From: Coniocarpon cinnabarinum | Lineage: Eukaryota | Length of the DNA stretch: 64,000 nucleotides | NCBI GenBank assembly: GCA_051942205.1 | Contig: JAVECO010000003.1 | Coordinates: forward strand, 62,001 to 126,000 | Direction: 5' to 3' | Part shown: piece after piece, positions 46,389 through 60,200 of the stretch | Position numbering within the stretch: position 1 is the first letter of the stretch | Layout of the letters: the number at the start of each line of letters is the position of its first letter | Notes under the pieces: model-generated | What the model was told of the DNA's origin: nothing | Seen by the model: the letters and a program-made list of their open reading frames with translations, nothing else | Database searches by the model: none | Program-made: the position numbers and the translations under genes

Positions 46389-47357
46389 CTAGTCCTCTCG
46401 TCCCACACATCTGCTCACCTCAATCCCATCCTACAGGTGCTGTCAGTATTTGATGCCTCTTAAAGTCAGCGCTCCATGATCGACTCACCTTGACACCAGT
46501 TGGCTCGAAGCTATGTATCAGTTCACTGCGGTATACCAGCTCCGGTACACCCGCCGCGTTCGCATTGAGCGTTTCGATATTGCCATACTGTGCTGCAGTG
46601 CGATCTTTGAATCGCTCATCCACTGTCACCCCATTTGCCCGGGCTTTCTGAAGCGCCGCTTTCTTCTCTGCAGGACTCGCTCGCACGTATTCCAAGTATG
46701 GCGGGTTGCCTGGCTTGATCACGTTGTCGGCTGCTAGCACCGTTCGCCCGGGCTTGATGAGCCCCAGGTCCTCGCAGAGCTTCAAATCGGTCGTGTATGC
46801 AGGCTTGTAGTGGTCCAGAAACATGAGGTCGATGCCATCAGAGAGCTTTCGGTCCTGGTGTAAGCGTGCTATGCTGGCATCACTCGAGCCGACAATCACT
46901 TTCACCACATCACTCAAGCCGGCCAGGTCAACCAGCGACCCTATGACCGCTGCAAATTCTGGATTGCGCTCCAGACTGAAGTAACACTTGCCGCCTGCCT
47001 TTCGCACGGCATCGCCAAACAAAATGCAGCTGTAGCCGATGTAGCCGCCCAGCTCCACCATCGTCTGGGGTTTCACCTCGGCGATGAGATTGGCGATAAT
47101 CCGGCCCTTGTCTTCCCCAACATTCATCAGGTACTTCTTGGTGCGTGCGAACTCGTCGATACTGGAAAGCACTGCAGACGGAGAGCCACGGATGGAGTCG
47201 ATGTCTGATCGACCGTAGACGTAATGCAGCAGCTCCACCTCTCGACCGTCATCGAACTAGGTAGCTGCTCAGCAGCGGCGCTTTGAAGTTCTCATTTCAA
47301 GCTTACGAAGACGTCTTCTTGCGGTGCATAGGCTTTACTTTCATCAAATTTCGACAT
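46389..47357 (-). CDS. Catechol O-methyltransferase family protein
   Basis: Three exons: FDDGREVELL, LMNVGEDKG, MVELGGYIGYS, MFLDHYKPAY, AADNV and terminal DGIEVSR. Confidence 0.93.
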
Positions 47358-47966
47358 TACAACTGGAGTTTGAGGGAAAAAAAAAGTTGGACAGAGGATT
47401 ATTAATTCTGCAAGAAGAACCGTAATAGCACAGAAGCACCCGCTTTCTTTTAGTGGGTAATGCAAAACAACGAATATTAAGCTTGGAAGATTTGCATGCC
47501 TACGAGATCGTCAACAGAACGTCACAAGGGATTTTCGTTTAGATCATTAGCCTGTTTCTGCGGTTCATGATTCGGCAGCTAGGGGAAGAAACCGCAAGCC
47601 GTTATGAAGCTGCCCAGGTTGCCCCACTACCTGCCTACCTAGCAGGTACTGCCATTGCACGAAAATGCTCACCTGTGTCTTTTGGAATGCTCGCGTTTGT
47701 GAGGTATTCTGGTTTCTAATTTTGATCGGACTTTGGCATCTCACAATCAGTGCAAAGGCACCTTGCAGCGTGTTCTGACACATGATCACACGTACCAAGC
47801 GCCAAATCAGTCTAACACATCATCTTCGGGTGTCAAATCGTACAAGCCAAAGTGGACGGCACGCCTCCTGAGGCTGCGAATGCGTAGTCTCATGTTCTGA
47901 GGCTCGCGGAGAGCCTCTCGGTCCTTCGCCTTTGGCATTCTCGAAACGGGGGAAGGCCCCTAGACA

Positions 47967-48643
47967 TCACGACCTCCGCTGATCGTAGTAATCAGCAGCT
48001 GCCTGTCGTTCAGAAGGTGTCTCTGGCATCGCGCCAGGCATTGGCTCATTGCGAGGGTTCAATGGGGTTGGCGCGCGGTCGGACAGAGACGATGAAGCGG
48101 CCGCTAAGACCCCAGCTCGCCCTGAAGGTCCTTTAGACGGCCGCGATGCTGTGCTTTCACCCTGACCAGCGTTCATCTCCTGTTGCCCTGTCGTGGCTGG
48201 AGAAGATTGTCCACCAACTTTTTTGAGCCGTTCTTCAGTAGCCTTTAGCCGCGCCTCCAGCTCTTCGAGCTCCTGGCTCTGTGACTTTACGGATTCCCTC
48301 CTAGCGAACAGTCAGCGCCAGTGAAAGCGCACGCAGACGTTGCCGAATGCTGGCACAAGTTGCAGTGTCACAAGCACCAATGCCATCACGCAATGTGTTG
48401 TGTCCGTGCGTCGGCGAGGATGTCTTACTTCTCCTGGACGTTGCTGCCCAGTTGCGCAATTTCTGCATTCAAATTGAAAGCTCCGTCAAGTGATTCGGAG
48501 AAGTCCAAAGCCAGAGTTCTGCAATTTGTCAGAACGTTCAGTTGACGTTGGGTCATGGTGACTTACGACTCCGGTCTGACGGCTGACTGTTGCCGCTCCC
48601 CATTCTCATTGTTGTAATGACCCGAGTTTGAAGAGCCTTCCAT
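47967..48643 (-). CDS. Small fungal hypothetical coiled-coil protein
   Basis: Three exons spliced in frame: MEGSSN...RPES|TLALDFSESLDGAFNL...QEK|RESVKSQSQELEELEARLKATEERLKK and a disordered tail. Canonical splice signals. Confidence 0.7.
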
Positions 48644-49260
48644 GATGCCTTCCAGAGCCGAGATCGATGATAATCAAGGCGCCGGAGGAGATTGAACACG
48701 ACAGGGTAGAAGCTCGGACTGCGGAGTGGATGTGGATGTCCCGCCGGGGGTACAGAGGGACGACCGGACAAAAAGGATGGCAAGAGCTTGAGACGAATGT
48801 GAACCGAGTGAGATTTTAGTTGTCAAATGAGTGTGCCTGACTGGAGACACGCTTAAGATGTTGGACAACGAGGGGAAAGTTCGCAGGAGGAAGGATGTTT
48901 TGATAATAATAAGCAGCGAGACTCGCTCCCCCTCAGATGACTCTCGCGCCCAGCTCAAGGAATCGTGCTCGACCTGTTTGCCTAGAAATTCAGGCTACAC
49001 AGCTTTTCAACTTCTTCGATGCGCAAACTTGGTGAAAGCCGTCCAGCCACGCTTTCACACTCGTGATATCCGCGAACAGCCAGAGCCCATCAGCAATGAC
49101 ACTCGCGCCATCATTATAGCGCTCAGGATGATGTTTTCCCTCACGCAACCTTACCAATTTTCTCCCTGGCGACGCAGAAGAGGCCTTGTTTCGTGGGAAG
49201 CCTCTCTGGTCGCGTCGCGTTCCTCTTTTCCAAATTGCGGTGGTTGAGTTGAACACCAAA

Positions 49261-51759
49261 ATGCAGGCTGTTCAGACACAACCAATTGACGCCGAGAAGA
49301 TGTCAAGCCATCTACAGACTTTCTCGGCCTTGCAAAGCTTGCTAGCATTCCAATGTCTAGCAGCGCATCGTCCAGAGTCCAATGCATTTGCGCAGGTCGC
49401 TCACTCCCTTCGCTCTAATAAGCTTTTCACTGGAAGCGAACAACCTGACGATCCCCATACATTCAGCGGTGAAACACTTCGCGGTCTTTACGAGGAAACT
49501 CTCAGCTCGCTCTCAGGCAAAGTGAACGGGGAGAGCAAGCAATCAGGAACTTCTGACGGACCGGAGAAGAGCGCACAAAGCCGTGGACATGAGTCACCTC
49601 AGTCGCAAGCCGCAGGGCAAGTTCCAGTGCTTTATGAAACTTACAAGCAACGCATTATTACGGACATCCAGGCAGAAGAGCGCAGATATCGTCAGTTGTT
49701 AGATGAGCTCAAATCGCTGGAAGCAGTCAATTCTCAAGAGCTTGCACCAGAGCCAAACCGAGCAGAAGTCAAGGTCGATCGTCAGCAATCAGATGATGGC
49801 AAAGACAATCATTTAGAGAAACCAGGCTTATCTCAGACTCATCCTGCAGCTCTACCCAAGGCAGATCCAGATGACAAAGGCGAGGGGAGCAAACCGAGCA
49901 CTGTTCAAGAAAAATCACACCCACGTCGCTCGAACGCATCGCTCGATCTGATTATCAACCACGACGAACCAGGCGAAGAAAAACAGGCTCGTCCGTCGAC
50001 AGCTGGAAGCGGTACGACAAGCACAGTGTCGTTTTCCCATCATGATGCTCCTTACCCTCCAAGCAGCACTCAGAACCCGCCGCATTCCGCGTACTCTGGT
50101 AGCCCAAATTTGGGAAGAGACCCTCGTAATGCCATCGATCCTCGACAAACGCCTTCCACAAGGACTGGACAGCCTCTATCGCATGTCTCTCCACGTTCCC
50201 CTACCTCTCCAGTGATCCTTCCACCGCCTCCGGGCCTGAATCCGCCCCCCTTCCCACCCACTAGCCCATATGTCCATCATGCGGAAACTCCCTCTGGCTC
50301 TGCGTACCGGGTGTCCGGCTCTTCTCCGACAAACGCATTTTATCCACCGCATGATTCTTATGCTCCGCACCGGTATTCCGAGGCATATGCCTCCCCGCAG
50401 TTCCACAGAGATCCACATAGACCTTTTCTTGCAACCCAGCCCTTGCATCGGCAACCTTATCCCAGCCATCAACCGCAGACCCAGTCATATCCCATTGCAA
50501 ATCAGCAGCCACAGCCGCCCAGAGGAGGTGTGATGCTGCCACCCTTCCAAGTCAGTCCAAGAGCCACAGGTTCTGCGCAATTCCCGCAACCAGCACCAGC
50601 ATCTACTACGAATCCGAGTCCTCCTGCCAGACCAACCGCTGCACTTGATCGGTCAAACGTACGCAACGAACGTGTAAACACGCCAACGCGTGCCACATCA
50701 ACCCACAATCGTCCTACGCCTTTGTCAGCTCCGCACACTGCCCATCTCCGAGACCACGCGACATCCGCCAGCCCGGGAAGCTCGACGGTCTGGCGTCATT
50801 CACTGAGCAAGCAAATCCGCGAACGTTCTCCTCCACGAAGTGTCAGTCCGCCAACGGATCCAGAGTCGACGCCCGTGCCTGCCAAACCCATCGGTCCAGC
50901 TCGAGGGCGCCGGGCCAAGGCAGTGAAGGCATCAGATAGCAGGCCAACGCCTCCTGTGGCTCGCACCTCGCAAGACCGATCTCATTCTCAGTCACCTCAA
51001 ATTAGCGAATCATTCTCCAGTGCGCATGGTAGAAGACCAAGACGTGAAATGCTCAGCACAACAGCAACGTCTAACGATGGGAACGACCGCGCGGCCATGC
51101 CAGACACAGCGAAGCCCAAAAAGGCGGCTCAGCCTGCAAAGCGAAAGCGGACGGAGTCGGTCGCAGAAGAGGCAGCTACCACGCAGGACATTGCGGTCGA
51201 GCCCGTTGGTGTCGAATCCGCTGAGACTGTGGTTGCTTACCGCAACTTTGGCAAGATGGCGCAGCCCGTGATGAACGTCATCGCATCGCACAAGCATGCG
51301 TCGCTGTTTGCTGAGCCGGTACGAGAACGACAGGCGGAGGGATATCGCGACATCATCAAACGACCTCAAGATCTCAAATCAATCCGCACGGCCATTGCTG
51401 CAGGCACACGAGCCGTCGCTGCTGCCATAGACGCCCAGCAGGCGAGTCCAGGGACTCAGCCAAGCTCAAGCGGCAGCGGCAACGCAGTTGTGTTACCAGT
51501 CAGCGAAGCGCTGGTTCCGCCGCGAGGGATTGTCAACGCGGCGCAACTCGAGCAAGAAATCATGCGCATGTTTGCAAACGCAGTCATGTTCAATCCTGGG
51601 GACGACGAGATTGTTCAAGACTCGCGCGAGATGTTCGAGAGCGTGGAGCAGGCGTTGCAGCAGTGGCGCGATGTGGAGCGCATGGAGGAGGTGGAAGAGG
51701 CGGCACGCGAGGAGGAAGAAGGCTCGACTGTGAGCTCTTCGAAGCGCAGGAGGCTATAG
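49261..51759 (+). CDS. Bromodomain protein, BRD8/Bdc1-like
   Basis: N-terminal ALQSLLAFQ helix, coiled coil, long Pro-rich region and C-terminal split bromodomain (HKHASLFAEPV..GYRDIIKRPQDLKSI...IMRMFANAVMFN). Start may be 49300. Confidence 0.82.
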   Translation: MQAVQTQPIDAEKMSSHLQTFSALQSLLAFQCLAAHRPESNAFAQVAHSLRSNKLFTGSEQPDDPHTFSGETLRGLYEETLSSLSGKVNGESKQSGTSDGPEKSAQSRGHESPQSQAAGQVPVLYETYKQRIITDIQAEERRYRQLLDELKSLEAVNSQELAPEPNRAEVKVDRQQSDDGKDNHLEKPGLSQTHPAALPKADPDDKGEGSKPSTVQEKSHPRRSNASLDLIINHDEPGEEKQARPSTAGSGTTSTVSFSHHDAPYPPSSTQNPPHSAYSGSPNLGRDPRNAIDPRQTPSTRTGQPLSHVSPRSPTSPVILPPPPGLNPPPFPPTSPYVHHAETPSGSAYRVSGSSPTNAFYPPHDSYAPHRYSEAYASPQFHRDPHRPFLATQPLHRQPYPSHQPQTQSYPIANQQPQPPRGGVMLPPFQVSPRATGSAQFPQPAPASTTNPSPPARPTAALDRSNVRNERVNTPTRATSTHNRPTPLSAPHTAHLRDHATSASPGSSTVWRHSLSKQIRERSPPRSVSPPTDPESTPVPAKPIGPARGRRAKAVKASDSRPTPPVARTSQDRSHSQSPQISESFSSAHGRRPRREMLSTTATSNDGNDRAAMPDTAKPKKAAQPAKRKRTESVAEEAATTQDIAVEPVGVESAETVVAYRNFGKMAQPVMNVIASHKHASLFAEPVRERQAEGYRDIIKRPQDLKSIRTAIAAGTRAVAAAIDAQQASPGTQPSSSGSGNAVVLPVSEALVPPRGIVNAAQLEQEIMRMFANAVMFNPGDDEIVQDSREMFESVEQALQQWRDVERMEEVEEAAREEEEGSTVSSSKRRRL

Positions 51760-52490
51760 AGATGACTGGGGACTATCTTATCCATATCATATCATATCAC
51801 AATGCTGCACATTGCTGCCGAGCTCACGCATGAATACTGTGACAGAGATCGGGAAAGTCAAGCGCGAGCAAGCCTTGGGCACTGTTGTCAGTTGCACTCG
51901 TGCCCTCAGTAGTGTCTCGCGCTCGCAAACCATTACCAGCCACGAGCTTACGTTGCAGGTACACGGCGTCGATGCCGTGTCAATGGAACTGCAGTCTCCA
52001 GTCTAGATTTTTAGCACCCTGCCCGTAACTGTTTGAAACTTATCCGACCAAACAGCCACCATCATCGAGATTCCCTGGCTTGGCATCGCACGCAGTGGAA
52101 GCCGAGACGCCGTGCGGTTTGCGACGAGAAAACCACATGCGAGTAATCCATCGAAGGGACCCAGTCAGACCACGCAATCTGTACCCAAACGAGAAATCAC
52201 GCACAAACACCAGCATGTCTATTTCGAGGGAGGCGCTGCCGCGCGTCGCCCGCCCCCTCCAGCGTGATGGCAGGTGTCAATGACATGACGTGTTGCGAGA
52301 CGTCGGGGCAGTCTAAAGTCCCTCAAGTACGGAGTACCTTATTGATCACCTTCTCTCTTCGTCTCAGTGCGCTTGTAACTTTAATTCTCATCTCGTTCCT
52401 TCATCGCATTGCCATCTCAATACAAGATACACTCCACGACGTAAAAGAGATCGGAGCTCTCGCACGCAGACCCCTCACTCCTCAGTCGCC

Positions 52491-53113
52491 ATGCTGTTCT
52501 CTCAGTATGCCGCCGCCGCCTTCTTGGCGATCGCTGCTCCAGTAATTGCACAGTCACCTTCACCCACACAGACTGTCAACTCCTCCCAAGTAAGCTCTCA
52601 TTGCCTGGCAATCATACACAGCGCGTGTCTAACAATAGACAGTCTTCCGCCTTTCGATCCGTCCTCTCGACGTACAGCGCCTCGTTCAAAGCGTCGCCCC
52701 AGTTCTCCAACATTGTCATCAACCTCGCACTCAATGTCCCTGCTTCCGCACAGTCCTCTATCACCTCGGATACCGCATCGCTTCTGCCCGTCCCGACCGG
52801 ATCGGCGTTCAATCTGTACTCGTTCGCAACAGATCCTCCTACCACTTTCCCTCAGATCGGCTGGGAAAGCTATCTCTCGACCGCGACAGAGCTGAGAAGC
52901 AGCATCGATAATCTGCGGACCAGCGCAGTCCTCGCACTGGCCACAAGCGCACAAAGCGTGCTCGGAACCAGTGCAAGCATCGCCGCTCCATCCAGTTCCA
53001 GTTCCAGCGCCGCCGCCGCACCAGCGCTGGCTGCGCCGACTTTCCCAGGGTTCACAGGAAGCGCGATGGGCGTGGTTGCGGGCGCTGTTGGTGCGGCTGC
53101 CTTGCTGCTATGA
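52491..53113 (+). CDS. Small secreted, probably GPI-anchored Ser/Thr/Ala-rich cell-wall protein
   Basis: Signal peptide MLFSQYAAAAFLAIAAPVIA, intron 52590-52642 and hydrophobic C-terminus GSAMGVVAGAVGAAALLL. Confidence 0.8.
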
Positions 53114-53776
53114 ATGTCGGGGCGCGGAGCTTTGATGATGGTCCTACATTTTGAATTGTATAGCATGGGAGTGCATTTGCATAGTTGCATGGGCATTTGA
53201 TGACATCACGACAACATAGATTAGCATGGTGGAACATGACATGTCGCACGAACGGAAATTGGGGTTATTTGCATATAGATCCCTGTATAGATTTGATACA
53301 ATGAAGTATTGATCCTCTGCAGTATAGTGTTGAGATGTTGGACTGCCCTCCACAGACACCGACCAGAAAGACGCTGTTGCGCTAGTCGGCGATCCGATGA
53401 AGGCGAGTCACAATGCTCCCTCGCACTACTCTGCTTGCAGTCAAGCTCTCCACGAACTGCTCTCTTCCCACTGGTCTCATCGCATCCTTCTCCACGAGCC
53501 TTGACATCATTTGCCTGCAGTGCGGCTTGCTGGATGCTTCCTAGATCAGTGTTGCTTACAACCGGCTTCCGTCTTGGCCAAAGTGTATACACTAAGGCCA
53601 CTGATCCAGCTATCAAGGGCTGCAAAGTGGAGCTTCGGCCAGCAACAACCGTGGATGATGTGGAGGAGAAAGCATCGTGAGCGATGACATTGTCAGACTT
53701 TATTAACCTGGTAAGCACCGCCGTTACTGGAGTTTTCCTCTGCAGCTCGACAAGGCGCGCAAAGGGCAGCATCAAC

Positions 53777-56700
53777 ATGTATCTCAAGCCCCATGCCTGT
53801 GCATTCGCTGCCACACTCATTGCGGGTGTGAGTGGCACTGTGCTTGACCTCAGCACGCTCACATGGACGCTTAGCGATCCGGGCAACAATGTCAGCGTGC
53901 CCGCCAAATTCCCCAGCCAAGCCCATCTCGACCTCTACGCTGCTGGCGTCATCACAGACCCCTACCTGGGTCTCAACGACTTTGACGAGCGATGGGTAGC
54001 CGAGTCCAATTGGACTTACACTAGCAATGCATTGCCAGGGCTGTACGTCCGACCACCAGATGACACTGATCAGCAAGCCATACTAAACGGCCCCCCCAGT
54101 GGCGGCGACGCGAACGCGATATGGCTTGTGTTCCAAGGCCTCGACACATTCACCACGATCTCGCTGTGCAACCAGACCGTTGCCTCGACCAACAATCAAT
54201 TCAGACAGTTCTTCTTCGAGGTGTCGGACATCCTGACGAGCTGCACCAGTGACCCTGTTCTGAGCGTCAACTTTGGAAGCGCGGTGAACATTGTGAATGA
54301 AATCGCCGCGCAGCCAGGTCAAGAGAGTAAGCTCAGTCGCCAAACGTGCTTGATATTGATTGAAATCTCAGCACTGACTCTTGTTGTCTCTTCCAGCATG
54401 GCCATATGGTGTCGAACTCAGCTATGAATTTCCAAACCGTCAGTTCATGCGCAAGGAGCAATCTGACTTTGGATGGGACTGGGGGTAGGTCACATATCAC
54501 TGCAATTGTCGGCTTCACGCACTTGACAATAAGCCTCTGAGTAACATACTGAAGATATCGTTGCTGATCATTTCCACAGTCCGGCTTTCGCCCCAGCTGG
54601 ACCATGGCAGACTGGCTACATGGTGCAACTTACGCAGTCTGAGCTCTACGTCCGCAATGCTCTGGTCGACATATACAAGCAAGGACAATTAAACAACATA
54701 CCGCCCGACCAGAGTCAACCATGGGTTGTCAACGCAAGTCTCGATGTGCTCGGTGATCTTCCTGACGGAGCATCTTTAACGTACCTCCTCACGGACGCTC
54801 AGAACAAAACTGTGGTGGAGAGCGCCATGTCTAATGTCAACGTCTCTAACGGCGCCATCTCTGGCAGCGCGACTGTACAGCCCAATACTGTGGACTGCTG
54901 GTGGCCAACTGGATTTGGTCCTCAGACACTGTACAACATGACGATATACGTAGTAGATACTGATGGAAATACCGTCACCTCTGCCCAAAGGCGTGTCGGA
55001 TTCCGCACAATCGTACTCAACGAAGGTGTCATCACGCAAGACCAGCTTGACGCTGGCATTGCGCCAGGCAACAACTGGCACTTTGAGGTCAACGGCTACG
55101 AATTCTACGCAAAGGGGTCCAACTTCATTCCTCCAGATGCCTTCTGGCCGCGAGTCACTGTCGAGAAGATGCAGAATCTGTTCCAAGATGTTGTCGATGC
55201 TCGGCAAAACATGCTACGAGTCTGGTCCTCTGGAGCTTATTCGCCTGACTTCATCTATGATCTCGCGGACGAAATGGGCATCCTGTTGTGGAGCGAGTTT
55301 GAGTTCGGAGATACTTTGTATCCTGTCGATGCAGATTTTCTAGCCAACGTTGCGGACGAAGTGAACTATCAAGTCCGACGTGTCAACTACCACCGTGAGT
55401 ATCAAAGCCAACGTTCAAGTCTTGCTAGATTATTGGCAGCTGACCTCGACCAGCTTCTCTCGCTTTTTGGGCAGGCGGCAACGAGCTCGAGAACCTTGAG
55501 CTCCAGCTCGTGAACAGGTCTGCCGAAGACCAGTACGAGCGATACAAGAATGAGTACGAGCTCCTCTTCCTCGATACCATTGTGCCACAAGTCTTTGGCA
55601 ACACGCGCAGTATTAGCTACGCGCCAAGCAGTACCTCAAATGGATACATTAGCTTGGACCACAACACGCCGCCATATTTCATCGAGCGATATGAGAATCT
55701 CGATGAAGGAAGCATTTACGGAGAGACTGACTACTATAACTATGATCCTACCGTCGCTTTTGATTTCGCGAGCTATCCCGTTGGCCGCTTCTCAAATGAG
55801 TTCGGCTATCACAGCATGCCTTCCATCCAGTCGTGGCAAGAGGTACTTGATCCATCTCAGTGGTACTTCAACTCTTCAGTGATTACACTGCGCAATCACC
55901 ATTACCCACCTGGCAACACTAATACCACCAACTACTACAATGGATCCTTAGGTCTCGGTGAAATGACGCGTGCCGTTGAGGAATGGTATCCAACGCCAAA
56001 CAAGAGCGATTCTGTCGCCAACTTTTCTGCATGGTGTCATGCAACACAAGTTTTCCAAGCCGACTATTACACCAACCAGATACAGTTCTACCGCCGAGGC
56101 TCCGGCTTGCCTCAACGAACGCTTGGTAGCTTGTACTGGCAGCTCGAAGATATCTGGCAGGCGCCGACATGGGCCAGTATCGAGTACAATGGACGATGGA
56201 AATTGCTCCATTACCGCGGCAAGGACGCATACAACAACATCATTGTGGCTCCATACTTCAATAGCACTACTGGATTGCTCGAAGTTTACGTTACTAGCGA
56301 TCTCTGGTCTGAGGCGACAGGTACAGTCAGCGCAACGTGGTATGATTGGTCGGGTAACCAGCTTGACCTCCCCGGCCTCGAAGCACAGCCGTTCACTGTC
56401 GGAGCACTCAACACGACCAGAGTCTACTCCACAATCACAAACACTACGCTGGGTACTAATAACCCTGATGGCGTTGTCATGTCCATGAGCGTCAACGCTA
56501 CAGGAAAATTACCCAACAATGACACCACCACAAACTTCTCACACTCCAATTGGTTTCATGCTTCCCCACTGTCAGATGCCAACCTCGTGGATCCGGGTCT
56601 CACTCTTGAATACGATTCAGAGGCGCAGACATTCACCGTGTGTGCTACGCAGGGAGTCGCCTCGTGGGTGTGGCTCGACTATCCGGCAGGTGCCATCGTC

Positions 56701-56856
56701 AGCTTCGACGATAATGGCTTCTGGCTTGGCAAGGGACAAAGCAGGACGCTAGGATATAATGTCAAGAGCGATAACACCACAGGGGCTTGGGCAAATGGTG
56801 TGACGGTGCAGAGTCTGTGGAACCAGACCCAGCCGGACCTGTTATTGCCGCAGTAG
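53777..56856 (+). CDS. mndA: Secreted beta-mannosidase A (glycoside hydrolase family 2)
   Basis: Signal peptide, [81 protein letters not shown]. Four introns. Confidence 0.95.
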
Positions 56857-57131
56857 GTGATATTGGAACTCAATAAAAAGTCTTGAAATTATCCTGCTAC
56901 CAACCGAGGAGAGCGGTACTCGTCCAGTTTGAAGTGCATCCCGATGTTGTGCGTTGCACCGTATTCTTCGTCCAAGAGTCTGACTATGTCGGCTGTTGTC
57001 GTAATTCCCTGGACTACGTCGACCAATGAGACTTTGGCATTGGCCGTGCGTATTGATCCACATACTCTAGGAAAACACGACAATAATCAAAATGACGAGT
57101 CTTCGATGGGAGGCCGGAGGCCAAGCTCAAA

Positions 57132-57183
57132 GGTCACGTGACCGTGTCTTTCACGAGATTCGTCTACGCGTCGATCGACGCGT
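57132..57183. promoter_or_regulatory. E-box (GGTCACGTGACC) and two MCB elements (ACGCGT) upstream of MMS22
   Basis: 12-bp palindrome at 57132-57143 and 18-bp palindrome ACGCGTCGATCGACGCGT at 57166-57183, 75-125 bp upstream of the ATG. Confidence 0.6.
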
Positions 57184-57257
57184 GCCCAATTGTAGATCTT
57201 CTGTAGCCTACAAACCTCTGCTGGATAGCCACTTACAGCGCATATCCGCATACATCA

Positions 57258-60200
57258 ATGCAAGACTGGCAGGCTAGAGGTATCGTTCAAGACTCCGACG
57301 AAGAATCTTTTGCAGAACTTGAGGAAGACTCACCCGACGAACTTGCTCTTGATCCGCCACACGGAGGGGCAACCGTCAAACATTTCTCGCCTCATCAGAA
57401 TGATGGACCTTCGCAGTACGAGGCAAACATCAATGGCGACTTCAATGGCCCTGATCGCAATGCAACAGCTGCACCTACGACACTTATGGGGGAAGAGATC
57501 AAAGATGAGGGATCTTCTCACACCAACCTTCATGCAAGTCGCGCATTTGAAGAGAGGGATACAGAAACTTCACACGAGCCTGCTGTTATAAGCTCACAAG
57601 AAGCAGTTAGAGCCAGAGACACATCGGCTACGTTTGACGACCGTTGTAGACAACTCAGCGTAGATGCGAATGACATTGCCCGCGACGCTTCACTTCCTCG
57701 AACCATGTCCTCAGGCAGTCTATCACCGGCTCTCGACGATCCCACCATGGCGTTGCCTCCTCAAATGGCCCCGGGCAGTCCTGTTGTCCTGGTCAATGCT
57801 CCCATTGACGCTGACTTCACCAGAAGAAGCGTAGTCAGTGAGGCAACGCAAGATATTCTAAGAGGCGAGCCGGGAATAGTTGGGCGTCGCGGTTTGCGCG
57901 AACGGAACCCTATTCAAATGCATCCGTACCTGCTAGAGAACGAGGCTTACAGACGTTCATTCCGTGCGCGGGGTCTAAGACCTGTTCACTTTGCACAGGA
58001 AATACAGCAAGACACTCCCGCCCTTCAAGAAAGCTTTCAAGATCTTGACGAGGGATCCAGCCAGTTAGAACAGAGCGTGAGACAGTCACAATCTTCGCCA
58101 GTGATCGCTGCGTTGCCTTCTCAGGGGCATTCATTGGCCAGTTCAGGAGATGATGAGGATAATTTGCCCAAAATTGAGACTTTGCTGCGCAAGCCACAGG
58201 TCGGAGAGGTACGGCGCGTACACAAGCGTCGGAAGACTAGCCATTTGCACGGCAACGCTAAGACTGCAAGAAAGGGGGCGTTGACTCCAGCGAAGAGCGC
58301 AGCGTCAGCTGCTGGTGCACGAGTCGCCTCAGACGATGATGTCTATGACCTTAACAACGCGCTGGACACCAACCCTGATCATACACAAGCAGACGTCCTT
58401 TTCAATCGTCGCCGTCGCAGAAAGAGGTTCAGAATCCCACGTGCCTTGCCTGAAGATTCATTGCCAACACCAGCAGCTTCGTCCGAGCTGTCCCCCAACG
58501 CTGGAAAGCAGACTCTGGTGTCATCTACATCAGAGTCTGACGAATTGTCGGAAACACATTCAGCACATGATCAAGATATTCCACCGGTCCACTGTGACTT
58601 GCACTCCTCTACAGTCCTCGTGGAGTCCTCACTGTCCTCATCTTCTTCCGAAGCTGAAGTCCAGCAGGAAGTAGCGGATCCCGCCAGGAGGTATCAAAAG
58701 AAGATCAGGGGCGTACTGCCAGCTTCATGGCTTCGACTCGATCAACCCAAAAAGCCTCAACAGCCATCGTCTTCTCATCGCCCAGTGCATCAACAGTCCC
58801 CGCAAAAAAGCCCCATAAAAGGCGTAGCACGAAGAATAAACACAGATTCAGGACCAGCAAAGGGTACTGTGGAGACTGCACGAGCCCTTCGTCAAAGATA
58901 TGACAGCTCAGATGAAGATGAGAGCCCCGACAGAACACAAGCAAAAACGTCTGCCGGTGTAGAACGATCACTGCACGATGTCGGCTTTGGTTTCCGGGAT
59001 CAAGCGATGGGTGTGATAGAAGATAACCCCATCGATACCATGCCGCAAGCGAAAGCTCGACCTTCGAGTCCAGTTCGAAAGAAGGAGCGCAAACGTCAGA
59101 CTCGCCTCGTGAACTTTGTTGATAACATTCAGCGCAACACTCGTGACTTTCCGCGTCAAGAGTCTGCTAGCCCATCACACCATAACCAGTCACGGAAGAC
59201 GCATGCAAGACACACGGGAAGACATAGGAAACAGTGGGTACGACGAAAAACCATTCCAAAACTCAGCATTCTTGACGTGCCACCTTCCCATTCTCTTCCT
59301 TATGAGCCGGACTTTGTTAAGCTTGCAAAGAAGCGCGTGCGCAGGCGGGCGGACTTGGGCAGACATAGCCCATTTCATAAACTTCTGTCGCTACAGACGC
59401 AGCAGGAAGGAGTGGACGTTGACCATGTCCTTTCAAACTGGACCGCGGGTCGCATGCAGCCCGATTCGGTGACTGCAGCGAGAAAAGCGTTGACAGGTCC
59501 TGCACTACGCTCCACGCGACATGAGAAAGCTGCGAAGGCCCTGGACGGTCGTACATCTAGAGGAGATGAAACTAGAGCACAGATAGGCATTCAAATCCCC
59601 CCCGAAAGGCGGACTAAAGGCCATTCCCAGACCAAGCATCGTCACTCGCAATTGAAGGCTTTACCATCTGTTTCATTAGATGCCAACGACAATCCCTTAA
59701 ATTTTGCAGTTCCACCCACACCCTTGCAGAAAAGATCAGGACATTCGAAGCTGCAGGAAATCAATCCCAATAAGCGACAAGGACAGCTAGAACAGACAGA
59801 AGCTGAGCATTACGGAGACAACGCTGAGGAAGCTTTCCATCTTCATCTGCAGGACACTGCAAGCTATCCACAGCCTCGTCATGATCCACCACTAATTGAG
59901 CGATTCTTGGCCAGTCCCGAGAATAATAATGAATCCAGCGGCCATGGCACAATGCGAGAAGATTACAGCACGATTGATCGCAATCCCATCGGAAGAACAA
60001 GATTGCGTAAACGTCGGCCACGGCAAGTCCACCAAGACCAAATCGAAGTTCACCAACAGCACCGACATGAGCATCCGCCTATGTCATATCCCGTGGTCGT
60101 CGACGAGGATGCTCCGAGTCCGCCTCAGGGCCTTGATTTATCGGGACTTTTGCCCTACGGCTCTTCTTATACTACAGATTTTGGCACCGCACCACTGCCG

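Noticed and set aside
35088..47357. Peroxygenase, decarboxylase and O-methyltransferase as a biosynthetic gene cluster
   Set aside because: No PKS, NRPS, terpene synthase, transporter or cluster regulator is present, and the genes are interspersed with housekeeping genes (ureG, AAA ATPase).
18648..51759. EAF3 and a BRD8-like gene (both NuA4/TIP60-related) as a functional cluster
   Set aside because: They are about 29 kb apart with many unrelated genes between, so coincidence is likely.
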